Shown here: positions 21,090 to 32,300 of the stretch, piece after piece
Layout of the letters: every line of letters starts with the position of its first letter
Position numbering within the stretch: the stretch's first letter is position 1
Assembly (NCBI RefSeq): GCF_963506605.1
Contig: NC_083276.1
Span: 62,001-126,000 of the forward strand
Length of the DNA: 64,000 bases
Direction of reading: 5' to 3'
Source of the DNA: Zootoca vivipara
Taxonomy: Eukaryota
Notes under the pieces: generated by a model
Told to the model about the DNA's origin: nothing
Database searches by the model: none
What the model saw: only the letters and a program-made list of their open reading frames with translations
Position numbers and translations under genes: made by a program

Positions 21090-24000
21090 GTTATTTATAC
21101 CCCACCCATCTGGCTGGGTTTCCCCAGCCACTCTGGGCGGCTTCCAACAAAGTATTAAAATACATTGGTCTGTCAAACATTAAAAGCTTCCCTAAACAGG
21201 ACTGCCTTCAGATGTTCTTTAAAAGTGGGGTGGTAGTTGTTCTCTTTGACATCTGGTGGGAGGACGTTCCACAGGGCGGGTGCCACTACTGAGAAGGCCC
21301 TCTGCCTGGTTCCCTGTAACTTGGCTTCTCGCAGTGAGGGAACCGCCAGAAGGTCCTCGGCACTGGACCTCAGTGTCCGGGCAGAACGATGGGGGTGGAG
21401 ACACTCCTTCAGGTATACTGGACCGAGGCCATTTAGGGCTTTAAAGGTCAGCAGCAACACTGAATTGTGCTTGGATATGTACTGGGAGCCAATGTAGGTC
21501 TTTCAGGACCGGTGTTATGTAGTCTCATTGGCTGCTCCCAGTCACCAGTCTAGCTGCCGCATTCTGGATTAGTTGTAGTTTCCGGGTTACCTTCAAAGGT
21601 AACCCCACATAGAGCGTGTGGCGGATTAGTGCCTGCTGAGGATTCCGGTGCGTTGGGGGTTAAACTATCCCTCCAATGATAGGCACTTCTCCAGGAGGCG
21701 GAACTAGACTGTGTTTGAAAACAAAAGAGGGATAACGGTTAGTAGGAGTCAGTTGGGGGGAGAGGAGTTGGTTGGGGAAGGTGGAGAGTGAGATAGTGGG
21801 GAGTGGGAGGTTAGGCTTTGGAGGAATGAAATGCTCTAATAAGACTCTGTCCTATACCGAAAGGAATGCACTATAAGTTACCAGTAAAATCCATGTTCTC
21901 AAGTCAATAAATAAAGTTAAATGTGCTTAAACATTAACTGACTCCAGCAGTGTGTCAGTTCCTCTAGTTGTGTGACTAAGAAGAGAACCAAGCTTCCCTG
22001 GGGCCAGGAAAGGAAGCTAGTTCAAAGTACTTCTGACACTAAGAGCTGGTCAGTGAAGCCAAGAAAACCAACCAGGTTGGCCTGGAGAGGCCAACCAGAG
22101 CAGTAGGGATCCATGAGAGGGAAAACCCCACTGGTAATAAGGTGGTGAGAGGCTTTGGATAAAGTGCCCTGAGGTAACCTAGAGCCAAGCCCTATCTTTT
22201 GTAAAACTGGAGGTTTAATCCTGTTTTTGCTGAAAGCACAGTGGGAACCACTGTCTGGGTGTTAGAGACTCGTTGTCCTTCACAGAGCGCATTGCAGTAG
22301 TCCAAGCGGGAGATAACCAGAGCATGCAGCACTCTGGCGAGACAGTCCGCGGGCAGATAGGGTCTCAGTCTGCATACCAGATGGAGCTGGTAAACAGCTG
22401 CCCTGGACACAGAATTGACCTGCGCCTCCATGGACAGCTGTGAGTCCAAAATGACTCCCAGGTTGCGCACCTGGTCCTTCAGGGGCACAGTTACCCCATT
22501 CAGGACCAGGGAGTCCTCTCCACCTGCCAGCCTCCTGGGGCTCTGAGGCCTTGGCTTTGTGCCAGGCATCCTTTACCTTCAAGTCATCCTTGAAGGGGTC
22601 TGTGTTTGCTGTGCTCATCCGCAGGGCCAGCTCCAGCAGAGCCTCCAGCCGGGTGGGGATGATGTCGTCCACTGGCTTCTTCAGCTCCTCTTCGGTGAGG
22701 TCCATGAAATGGACGTAGAAGTCCCCCTGGTCCATGAGGAAGTAGTGCTTGATGGACCTGCTCACAGAAAGGAGCCACCAGTCAACTCCCTGCAGCAGGA
22801 ACAGAGAAGGCAGGAGCGACCCCTCACCCCCCCGCCTGCCTCCCCCCGCCTGGTAGAAACAGGAAGAAGCAGATCTGGCTTTTGGAGTAAGAAGTGCTGC
22901 AAATATCTTTATGCCATCTGCAATAAAGCAGTCCCTTGCAATTCAGGAAATGGGGGGACACTCTCCTTGGAGTGGGGGTCCCATGGCCCCTGCCCCTCCG
23001 CCCAGCTCCTCCTGCAACCTCAGGGCAAGTCCATGAAAGTGCCTGCCTCCCGCCCCCTGCTGTCCCAGTTGGCCTGGAGCCCCTAAAACTGTCCCAGTTG
23101 GCCTGGAGAAGAAAAGCAGCCTGCAAGAGGCACCACCTGGAAGGAAGCAAACCTTAAGTGGGCCACAAGTTCTTTTTCTTCCATGAGGAAATCGAGCAGC
23201 ACTTTGCTGGCGTAGTTGTAGGCTTTTTCAATCTGCTCCACATATTCCCGCTCCTTCAGTGTGTAGATGACCTCTTTGGCCAGGGGGCAAGTGACGTCAT
23301 GGCCACACTCCCGAACGACATTCAAATACTTCCCTGCAGGATGGATGGGACAAAGGGACATGAGGATGGGCTCAGCTCTTCACTAAACGCTGTTCAGACC
23401 TTGTACACAAACAAATGAGCACATCTCCTCCCCCTTCCCTGCTGTCACTCTCATCCTCCTAATGCGTGAAACTTAAGTGCAGAACCTGACATTAGTCTCC
23501 GCTGAAACTTCTTTTGTTAGTTTGGCCTGACTTCTCCAATCCATTAAGGTATTTTTGTATACCGATTCTGTCTTCTGCAGCATTAGCTACCCCTCCCAGT
23601 TTGGTATCCTCTGCAAATTTGATGAGGATCCCCTCAATTCCTTCATCTGTCACCCACCTCCTTGAAGGAAGGGCAATGGAAAGAAGCCAGATAAATACCA
23701 TGATCGGCTTTTGGAGCTTGAGAAAAAGCTCACAGGATCTCCTCCATACGACTCGCCCAGAGGCAGAAGGGAAGAGAGCTGCACAGGGAACCAGACCTCC
23801 CAAGCACTCTGCAACCGCTCCCCAGCCCCCACCTCTCCCTCTGCCTGGGGGCGTCCCCATCCACTGCATGACCCTCCCTCCAACCCTCCCACTTTCCTGT
23901 CAACCAGGGCTCCTCACCTGTGCTGAGAATTTTGTCTGCAATCTTCTGGAGGAAGGAGGGGATCTGCTGCTGGACAACTGTGTACCTCTGGTCCCAGTAT

Positions 24001-27000
24001 TTGTCATTATAGTCCTCTTGGATCTTCTCCTTCTGGAGCTCATGCTCTTCCACCATGAATTCACTGTGGAATTAAAAAGCGGTTACGCCCATGGTGGGGA
24101 GGCACAGAGCAGGAGGCTCCCCAGCTCCCTTCATCCAGGCAGTCCCAGGACACACCACCCTGCTTGGACTCCCAAACAGACCACAGAGGTTTCTCCAGCT
24201 CACATGCCAAGAGAAGGATCACAGGTTCCTCCGCCCACCTGTAGGGATCATTGATGATGCCTCGGTAGATCCATTTCTCCAGGATTTCAAAGTAGGGGAC
24301 GCTGGCGGCCTTGGTCAGGTAGAGGCAGAGCTCCTGGGCTTGGCTGTCTCCTGTGTAGTTGAATGTCTTATCATGCAGCAGGCTGAGTGTTGACCCTCCA
24401 ACACACTCCCCTTTGTCCACAGAAGTGGCTGCAACAAGAAGCAAAGGGCAGGAAGAGTTAAGTCCTGCTGAAGCCAGGGCTGGCCAGGCGCCCATCTCTG
24501 GCAGACACACCTGGATGTTGCAGGAGCTCCCCCCAACTGAAAAGGGGTCAGGAGGAGATGGCTGCTCTGGACTGTGGCCTGGGACACTGGCTGACAAGGT
24601 GAGCGCCCAGAGCGGAGGCAGGGTTTCTGCGGGGCTCGATAGGCCCTTGGGGCTGCTGAAGCAAAACCTGCCTCTCAGGTGTCACTTGTGGCCCCAAATG
24701 TGCCCAAGAGCCTCCGAAAACAGGCCACTGGCAACCATTTCAGGAGCAGAACCTCTGCCAGTCCCTGGTGTTCTCAGGTGCACTTCTCGCGATTGAGATG
24801 CTCCAGCCAATCAGCTGTGGTGAATCTGAATCATGTAGAACTGTTTATTCAAAGACTGTCCCCCCACCCCACCCAATTCAGCTGAAAGAAGCTTCTGCAA
24901 AATCAACAAATAATGTTCAGCTCACAGACTGCAGACACAGAAACAGAGAGAGAGAACGCCAGCATTATTCCCGCATTCAACAGGAGGGGCCAGGGGATTG
25001 GTATTAATAAATGTATTATAAATTGGTATTGTTAAAATGAGGCTATTATTGGATTGTAATGGGAAACTAATAAAAATTATGATAAAAAAGGAGGGGCCAG
25101 AGGATGCCCCCTTTTGCTCTGGGGCTCCAGGGTAGGGGGGACTTGGAGGCTTCCACAGCATTTTGGGGGGGGGATGTGTACAAAGGAAGCTCCCCTGCAC
25201 CTCCTCTTTCTAGGGCTGAGGGATGGGCTCCTTGTGGGAAGGCCCAGAGGGAGCCCCTTTGACTTTGCTGCACCCAGGAAAAGGAATGATCCAATCACTG
25301 GCCTCACCTGAGACTGACTGTGGCATGAGGGAACCCCTTTCAGCGCTGGGCTGCTGGACTCCCTTGGAAGGACCCTCCCTGCACCAACATCCCAGCAGTG
25401 GGCAGAGCCAGAGCCCCACCTGGACACACGGACCCAGCTCCTTCCGCTGCCCCCCTTGATGAAGGAGAGCCATCTTGGCCTCTCCTGGCAGTGGGGCTCC
25501 AAGGTCAAAGCCTCCCTCCCTCCCCCGCCCCCTTCAGGGGAGCAGGAGGCAAGCAGGCAGAGAAGGCGGCTGCTCAGAAGGACACCCTGCTCACCGCCCT
25601 CCAGAGATCCTGTCCCACACTCACCCAGGGAAGCCAGAATCTCCATGGTCCTCATGGTGGGCTGGATGTAGAACCAGAGCTTCTGCAGGGAGAGCAGGCC
25701 TTGGCGCTGCAGGTGCTCCAGCTGCGTCACCAAGGTCATGTACTCCTTAACCAGGGCCCTCATGGCGGCCGCCAGCGCGTGGTTCACCTGCCCGTACTCA
25801 AAGGAAGACTTCTCTTCCACGAACCTGTCAGGGTGCAGGACGAAGAGCTGCTGCTGGAAGCCAGCCCCAGCACTTCGGGGCCCCTCCAGAAAGGTAGCCC
25901 ACCAATGTCCCCCCCCCACCTGCCCGAGACGCAAGGAAGCCTTGTTCTTGTGCAGCTCAGCAAGAAGCTCTCTAGGCAGGTGGGCAGCCCCCATTGCTCC
26001 CTGAGCTCCGGGGCCTATGGGGCTCTGAGCTGCTGCAGCCCCCAGGTGGGAGGAGCACAAGAGGCCCCACCCCCCAGCTGGCTGTCGCTGCGTCTTCTTT
26101 GCCTCCCCCAGCTCCGTTCCTGATGAGGAACCCCAGGCTGCTACCTGGTGACGATGGAGTAGCTCGCTGCCACAGGGAGGATCCTGGTGACCAGCTCCTT
26201 GACCGACATATCCAGGTTGGGGTCCACCAAGAAAGTGCGGCTCTCTCTGCCCACCAGTGGCTGTGCACTGATGTACCGGCCATCCACCCCAATCAGGACG
26301 TAGAGCAAGTCCTCCACCACAGCAGATTCCTGGGCTGCCAGCGGCAAAGTCCCTGGCAGAGGAAAGTGGCGCGGCATGTCAATCGAAGAAATGCATTTGG
26401 GGGACCCACCTGAGGGCCAAAAGGGCAGCTGGCCATTCTTAAAAAGAGAGGGTCTCCCACCACTGGGAGGGGAGGGGGCATTTTACAGGTGGCTGCCTTG
26501 AAATGCTCTTGGACTTTATCCCTATTGATATTTTGTGTACCTGGACACGGTTTCATGGGCTTATTTTTTATGTCAAGCTGTCTGACACTGTTTTTATGGT
26601 GCCTACTGGGCTCATGGATAAAACTCTACTCATATTCACGTGTTTTTAATCTATGGTAAGCTGGCAGTATAGTTAAAGCTATGGTTTTCCCAGTAGTGAT
26701 GTATGGAAGTGAGAGCTGGACCATAAAGAAGGCTGATCGCCGAAGAATTGATGCTTTTGAATTCTGGTGCTGGAGGAGACTCTTGAGAGTCCCATGGACT
26801 GCAAGATGATTAAACCTATCTATTCTTAAGGAAATCAGCCCTGAGCGCTCACTGGAAGGACAGATCCTGAAGCTGAGGCTCCAATACTTTGGCCACCTCA
26901 TGAGAAGACTCCCTGGAAAAGACCCTGATGTTGGGAAAGATTGAGGGCACTAGGAGAAGGGGACGACAGAGGACGAGATGGTTGGACAGTGTTCTCGAAG

Positions 27001-29187
27001 CTACGAACATGAGTTTGACCAAACTGCGGGAGGCAGTGGAAGACAGGAGTGCCTGGTGTGCTATGGTCCATGGGGTCACGAAGAGTTGGACACGATTAAA
27101 CGACTAAACAACAACAACAACAACAAGCTGGCAGCTATGGGAAAGAAGAGGGCTCTTGGGTTTGGATTCTGCCTATGGATTTCCCATTGGGGGCATCTGG
27201 TGGGCCCCTGTGAGGACAGGTTGCTGGAATGGATAGGCCCCTATCTGGACCTTCCGTGCTGCACTGCCCAGACCCACGGCAGCAGAGCATCACCAGCTGC
27301 CCGGCTGCCCATTAACAGTCCCAGAGAAACACCCAGCAGGCAGAAACAGCCCCAGGCTGTGAGACCCTCCGCTCCTCTCGTGCAAGACTCACCTATAGGC
27401 ACCGTGGTGTCCAGGCTCAGGCTGGAGCTAGTGAGGAAGTCCCCGATGAGGGCTGGCCTCTCATATACCCAGGCAGGAAAAGACGGAATGGGCTGCCCAG
27501 AGTTCTTCCTGTTCTGCTTGTCCCTGAGCGACTTCCGCACCAGCTCAAGAGACTGCCAAGGAAGAGAGCGAGTGACAGGTCAGCCCAGACACTGAACTAT
27601 CAAGCAGCCATGGCGGCAGGGTGTGTGGCAGCTGGGCTCCCATTCCTTGCCAGTCTCTGCCCCCTTTGCTCAGGGCGCAAGAGAGGCTGGCACAGTGTTT
27701 GCACCCAGGACCCACCCCTAGTCCTCTTGACAAACCGGAGAGCAGCCCACCCACCCGGAACTTCCTCTGAAGGAGGCACTACAGGGAGCCCAGCTAGGGG
27801 CCTCCTGCAGCTGCCCACTGAGGTCATTGGCTTCTCCATCCCAGGCTTCCTGGGTGTGAGAGAGAGATCTCAAAGGCTTTGGCTGCAGCAGAACCTTCCC
27901 TTCCCTTCCCAAGTAACGAATCAGGGGACCCGAGAGAAGAGAGGGACCTGTGGGGCGCTGGAGCTGGTTGTGACGGTGCCCAGCTGCTTCCGTAGCTCCT
28001 CCAGCTCCTGGACGGTCATTTTGGCTGCTGTTGAGGGGATGGAGAAAGTGACGCTGCTGCTGGCTCCGCCACTGTTGGCTGCTGCATTGGCTGCCAGCTC
28101 TGCCCTTTCCTTGGCATTTTGCTGCAAGTACTGGAGGGTCTGCAAAAGCCCCACAAAAAGCAGAACTCAGCCGAGGTGGGCAACCTGCAGCCCTCAGGGG
28201 GCCGAATTCAAATTCAGGCCTCAGGCCAGAGCAACCTGTCTCTCTCTTGTCAGTCTGCCGGGTGGGAAGGGAGAGAGGGGAGTGGGGGGGCTCTGGACCC
28301 TCCAACCACGGGCTCCATGTCCCACCCTCTGTTTCGCTTGATGGGGAACTGGTGAGCCAGCGCCAGTTATCAAGGACAGTGCTGGGCTGGGTTGAGGAAT
28401 GGCTGGCTGGGGGTAAGGCAGCTTGGCTTGTTCATGCTGCCTCTGCAGGGCTGCCTCTTGGGGGGGGGGCACCGAGGTCTGTCCTGTCTCTCTGTCCCGG
28501 CTCTGGGCCCCACCTCCCTTCCCCGGATCTGGAAGTGCTTTCTTGGTCTTCGTCTCCCCTGACCAGGAGCTTTGTCCCCTTCTCAGCTGGAGGGGAGGGG
28601 GCTCCTGTCCCATCCTCGGCATCTGGTGTCTGTGTGTCTGTCTGTCCGTCCCCTTTGGCCGGCAGGGGCATGCTCGCCTCGCCTCGCCTCGCCTCTCCTC
28701 ACCTCCTTGTCCTCGGTGAGCTTGGAGAGCAGCTGCACCAGCGAGTCCAGGTGCCGCGTGTTCTTCGACTTCAGCTCGTCGTACTTGGTCAGAAAGTCTT
28801 CCGGCGTCCGAGAAAACTCCGCGATCTTCACCTGCGGGGAGAGAGGGGGCAGCGGGGGAGGTCAGCGCCCGGCGGGGGGAGGGACAAAAGGAGGAGGGTG
28901 ACGCGGGGTCCCTGGGGAGGGTCCCGGGGCCATCTAGGAGGGAGGGAGGGAGGGAGGGAGAGGGGGTCCCGGGGTGTCCTTGCCTCCCTCCCTCCCTCCC
29001 TCCCTCCTTCCCCGGGCCTCCTCGCCTTGGCTCCGAGGGCGGCGGCGGAGGTGGCGAGGAAGGGCCCGCTCTGGCTCCTTTGCAGCAGCTCCACGTAGCC
29101 CTCGGCGCCGCCTTCCCCGCAGGAGCCCCTCGCGCGGAGGAGCCGGAGCAGCTCGTTCACATCGTGGTGGAGCCGGAACTCGCTCAT
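18004..29187 (-). CDS. TUBGCP2: Gamma-tubulin complex component 2 (GCP2), 17 coding exons, 906 aa
   Basis: Exons (minus): 29026-29187, 28703-28831, 27948-28139, 27393-27552, 26145-26352, 25625-25824, 24239-24428, 23918-24063, 23153-23333, 22577-22757, 20688-20860, 20283-20411, 19685-19805, 19107-19250, 18883-19011, 18296-18459, 18004-18115 (2721 nt). Peptide MSEFRLHHDVNELL...KIAEFSRTPEDFL...QESAVVEDLLYVL...DYNDKYWDQRY...ILSTGKYLNVVREC...YFLMDQGDF...RLDFNGFY. The first intron needs a GC donor. There is an in-frame upstream ATG at 29196. Confidence 0.96.
21047..22525 (-). mobile_element. L2 LINE 3' fragment interrupted by a solo LTR
   Basis: (AAT)n tail at 21047-21089. L2 homology at 21090-21616 and 22285-22525 joins seamlessly (ISRLDYCNAL|YVGLPLKV) once 21617-22284 and one TSD copy are removed. 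Confidence 0.9.
21617..22284 (+). mobile_element. Solo LTR (668 bp), family unassigned
   Basis: TGTG...CACA termini; 5-bp TSD GAGCG at 21612-21616 and 22285-22289; internal AATAAA at 21906; no ORF. Confidence 0.8.
23470..23650 (-). mobile_element. Decayed CR1 LINE RT fragment
   Basis: Encodes [31 protein letters not shown], homologous to the CR1 at 31171-32432. Confidence 0.8.
26668..27124 (+). mobile_element. BovB 3' fragment, 10-bp TSD
   Basis: Homologous to 54252-54704; (CAA)n tail; TSD AAGCTGGCAG at 26658-26667 and 27125-27134. Confidence 0.92.
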
Positions 29188-29196
29188 GGCCGCCAT

Positions 29197-29304
29197 GGAC
29201 CGGGAGGCGGCGTCTCCCAGGCACCGGAAGCGCCGGCGGCGGGAGAGGAAGCGGAAGCGGGAGAGAGACCGGCTCTTCCGGCAGCAGGCGAGGAAAGCGG
29301 GAGG
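29197..29304. promoter_or_regulatory. Bidirectional CpG-island promoter for TUBGCP2 and ZNF511
   Basis: Only 108 bp between the nearest divergent ATGs (29196 and 29305). Clustered ETS cores: CCGGAAG at 29224, GCGGAAG at 29251, CTTCCGG at 29275. CpG island spans ~28650-29950. Confidence 0.8.
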
Positions 29305-32300
29305 ATGCGGGACGAGGAAGGCGAGCGAGACGGAGGAGGAGGCGGAGGCCCCTTCCGCTTCCGCCCGGCCAGGCTCCGCTTTCCCGCCCAGCACCCCTTT
29401 TTCGAGGCAGGCAGGCGGGGAGGGGAGAGGGAGGCCGGGGGGGGGGAGCCCTGGGCTACCGAAGGAGCCCTCCCGGAAGTGGCGTCATTGGCGGCGCCTC
29501 CGCTCATCTTGGTCTTTCTTCCCTCTTAGGACGGCGACGTCCAGCGCCATCTCCGCCTCCAGCATGCGCAGCCCAGCGACCCACCCGGAGGGGCCTCCCG
29601 GTGAGCGTCGCCCGCGGGCGCCCTGGTGGGAACCCCGCCGCCCCTTCCCCCTCCCTGGGCGCCCCTTGCGACCCCCGGCTGTGTCTTCTTCCGCAGGCCC
29701 CCCGCCGCCTTCTCGTGCCCGGCCGTGGGCTGCGCGCAGGTCTTCGACTCCCTGGCCAGCTGCGAGCATCACTACGGCCTCCTGCACCGCAGCGCCTGCG
29801 CCGCCTGCCAGCGCGCCTTCCCCTCGGCGCACCTGCTGCACCTGCACCTGCTCGAGTGGCACGACGCCCTCTTCGGGGTCATGGCGGAGAAGCGCAGCCT
29901 GGTGAGCGAGGGGGGAGGGCAGAGGGGGGAGAGAGCCAGAGGCAAGGCAAGGCAGCCCTGACGGCCCACATCCTCCTGACTGCTCTATGAAGCCGGGGCA
30001 CAAGGGCATGGCTCCCCCATCCACGCTATGTCACCTCCATATATAGTCCGTATAATAGATCATTGGACCAGTAGCCAGCTTCCTCTTCATGACAATAATT
30101 TTATTATTTGTATCTTGTCCATCTGACTGTATTGCCCCAGCCATACAGCTTCCAATAAAATATAAAAATGCAATATGACATCAGAGATCTTTTTTTAAAA
30201 AAAAACCCCACCCCTGCTTGAGTGGCTGGGACCCCAAATGCTGACCAGCCCCCTTTTCTAGTACCAGTGCCTGGTCGAGAGCTGTCCCGAGAAGTTCAAG
30301 AACAGCAAAGAGCGCAAGGAGCACTTGGTCCGAGCTCACTGCTACCCGTCAGACTTCCGCTTTGATAAACCCGTGAAGGCAAAGAGGTAAGTACTCAGGT
30401 GTGGGTAACTGGGGAGGGGCAGACATGCTCACTGTTCAGCAGACCGGCTTCGGACATGGAGCAGAGGGGAGCAGACAAATATTCTTTGTAATACTGTTTG
30501 GCTTTCTTTGGAATCCTGCCCTTTTCACCAAGGAGCCAAGGGCATGGCTTCCCCATCCACGCTATGTCACCACAACAACCCTTTAAGGTAGGTAAGGTTG
30601 AGAGGAAGTGCCTGGCCCCAAAGTCATTTGGTGAGCCTCATGGTGGGGAGGGATTTAAATCCTCTTCTAAAAAGTCTTCACCTGCAACTGTGACTGCTGC
30701 ACCACCCAGGCTCCTGCCTGCATGTTGCAAGAAGAAAAGCAAGGCTGGGGTGAGAAGAAGCTGACAAGGGCCAGGCCTCACTGACAGCCTCCATGTGGTG
30801 AGAGAAACTGGGGGGGGGGCGGCGGCAGCAAGGTCCTCATGCCTTTTCATAAAGTTGACAAGGGTTTTGCTCTGGGCTGTGTTTTTGCACCAGCACGAAG
30901 GAAGCGAGATCTCCCTCCAGAGAGAGCGCCTTCCTGATGGATGTGCGGGGGGGAGAAGACTGCAGGGAGCCGGCAGCGGACGATGCCATGGAAGTCGGCC
31001 CCAGCGAGAGCACAGAGGAGAAGCCACCCCAGCCTGGGGCAGAGGACACGCCAGCCTTTCCACCGCCTGAGAGGCGGCTCTACAGGTCCAGGTAGGTGCC
31101 TCTCCTGGAGCGGCTGTCCTCGTCTTACATCTGCTTGTTCTTTGTGTGTGGAAAATGATGTCGATGCTTGAATCATAGAATCATAGAATCATAGAATCAT
31201 AGAATCATAGAGTTGGAAGAGACCACAAGGGCCATCCAGTCCAACCCCCTGCCAAGCAGGAAACACCATCAAAGCATTCCTGACAGATGGCTGTCAAGCC
31301 TCTGCTTAAAGACCTCCAAAGAAGGAGACTCCACCACACTCCTTGGCAGCAAATTCCACTGCCGAACAGCTCTCACTGTCAGGAAGTTCTTCCTAATGTT
31401 TAGGTGGAATTTTCTTTCTTGTAGTTTGAATCCGTTGCTCCGTGTCCGCTTCTCTGGAGCAGCAGAAAACAACCTTTCTCCCTCCTTTATATGACATCCT
31501 TTTATATATTTGAACATGGTTATCATATCACCCCTTAACCTTCTCTTCTCCAGGCTAAACATACCCAGCTCCCTAAGCCGTTCCTCATAAGGCATCGTTT
31601 CCAGGCCTTTGACCATTTTGGTTGCCCTCTTCTGGACACGTTCCAGCTTATCAGTATCCTTCTTGAACTGTGGTGCCCAGAACTGGACACAATACTCCAG
31701 GTGAGGTCTGACCAGAGCAGAATACAGTGGTACTATTACTTCCCTTGATCTAGATGCTATACTCCTATTGATGCAGCCCAGAATTGCATTGGCTTTTTTA
31801 GCTGCTGCATCACACTGCTGACTCATGTCAAGTTTGTGGTCAACCAAAACTCCTAGATCCTTTTCACATGTACTGCTCTCAAGCCAGGTGTCTCCCATCC
31901 TGTATTTGTGCCTTTCATTTTTTTTGCCCAAGTGTAGTACTTTACATTTCTCCTTGTTAAAATTCATCTTGTTTGCTTTGGCCCAGTTGTCTAATCTGTT
32001 AAGGTCATTCTGAAGTGTGATCCTGTCCTCTGGGGTGTTAGCCACCCCTCCCAATTTGGTGTCATCTGCAAACTTGCTCAGGATTCCCTCAAGCCCATCA
32101 TCCAAGTCATTGATAAAGATGTTGAACAAGACTGGGCCCAAGACAGAACCCTGTGGCACCCCACTAGTCACTACTCTCCAGGATGAGGAGGAGCCATTGA
32201 TGAGCACCCTTTGGGTTCGGTCAGTAATCCAGCTACAAATCCACTGAATGGTAGCATTGTCTAGCCCACATTTTACCAGCTTCTTTACAAGAATATCATG

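Noticed and set aside
23060-23108. 20-bp duplication CTGTCCCAGTTGGCCTGGAG, and a ~52-bp two-copy tandem at 48860-48956
   Set aside because: Ordinary local slippage duplications with only two units; not an array.
29479-29529. In-phase GT donor (GAA|GTGGCG) for ZNF511 intron 1
   Set aside because: It would leave a 51-nt intron, below the usual vertebrate minimum, and insert 24 non-homologous residues into the conserved FFE|DGDV junction.
28247-30024. Long ORFs (239-338 aa) on both strands at the TUBGCP2/ZNF511 island
   Set aside because: GC-rich artefacts or shadows of the real exons.
30637-30765. [13 protein letters not shown] peptide resembling the ZNF511 C-terminus
   Set aside because: Lies in a SINE remnant in intron 4; the true last exon is at 33003-33072.
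31171-31212. Regular octamer array
   Set aside because: It is the CR1 (ATTCTATG)n tail; no spacers, so not CRISPR-like.
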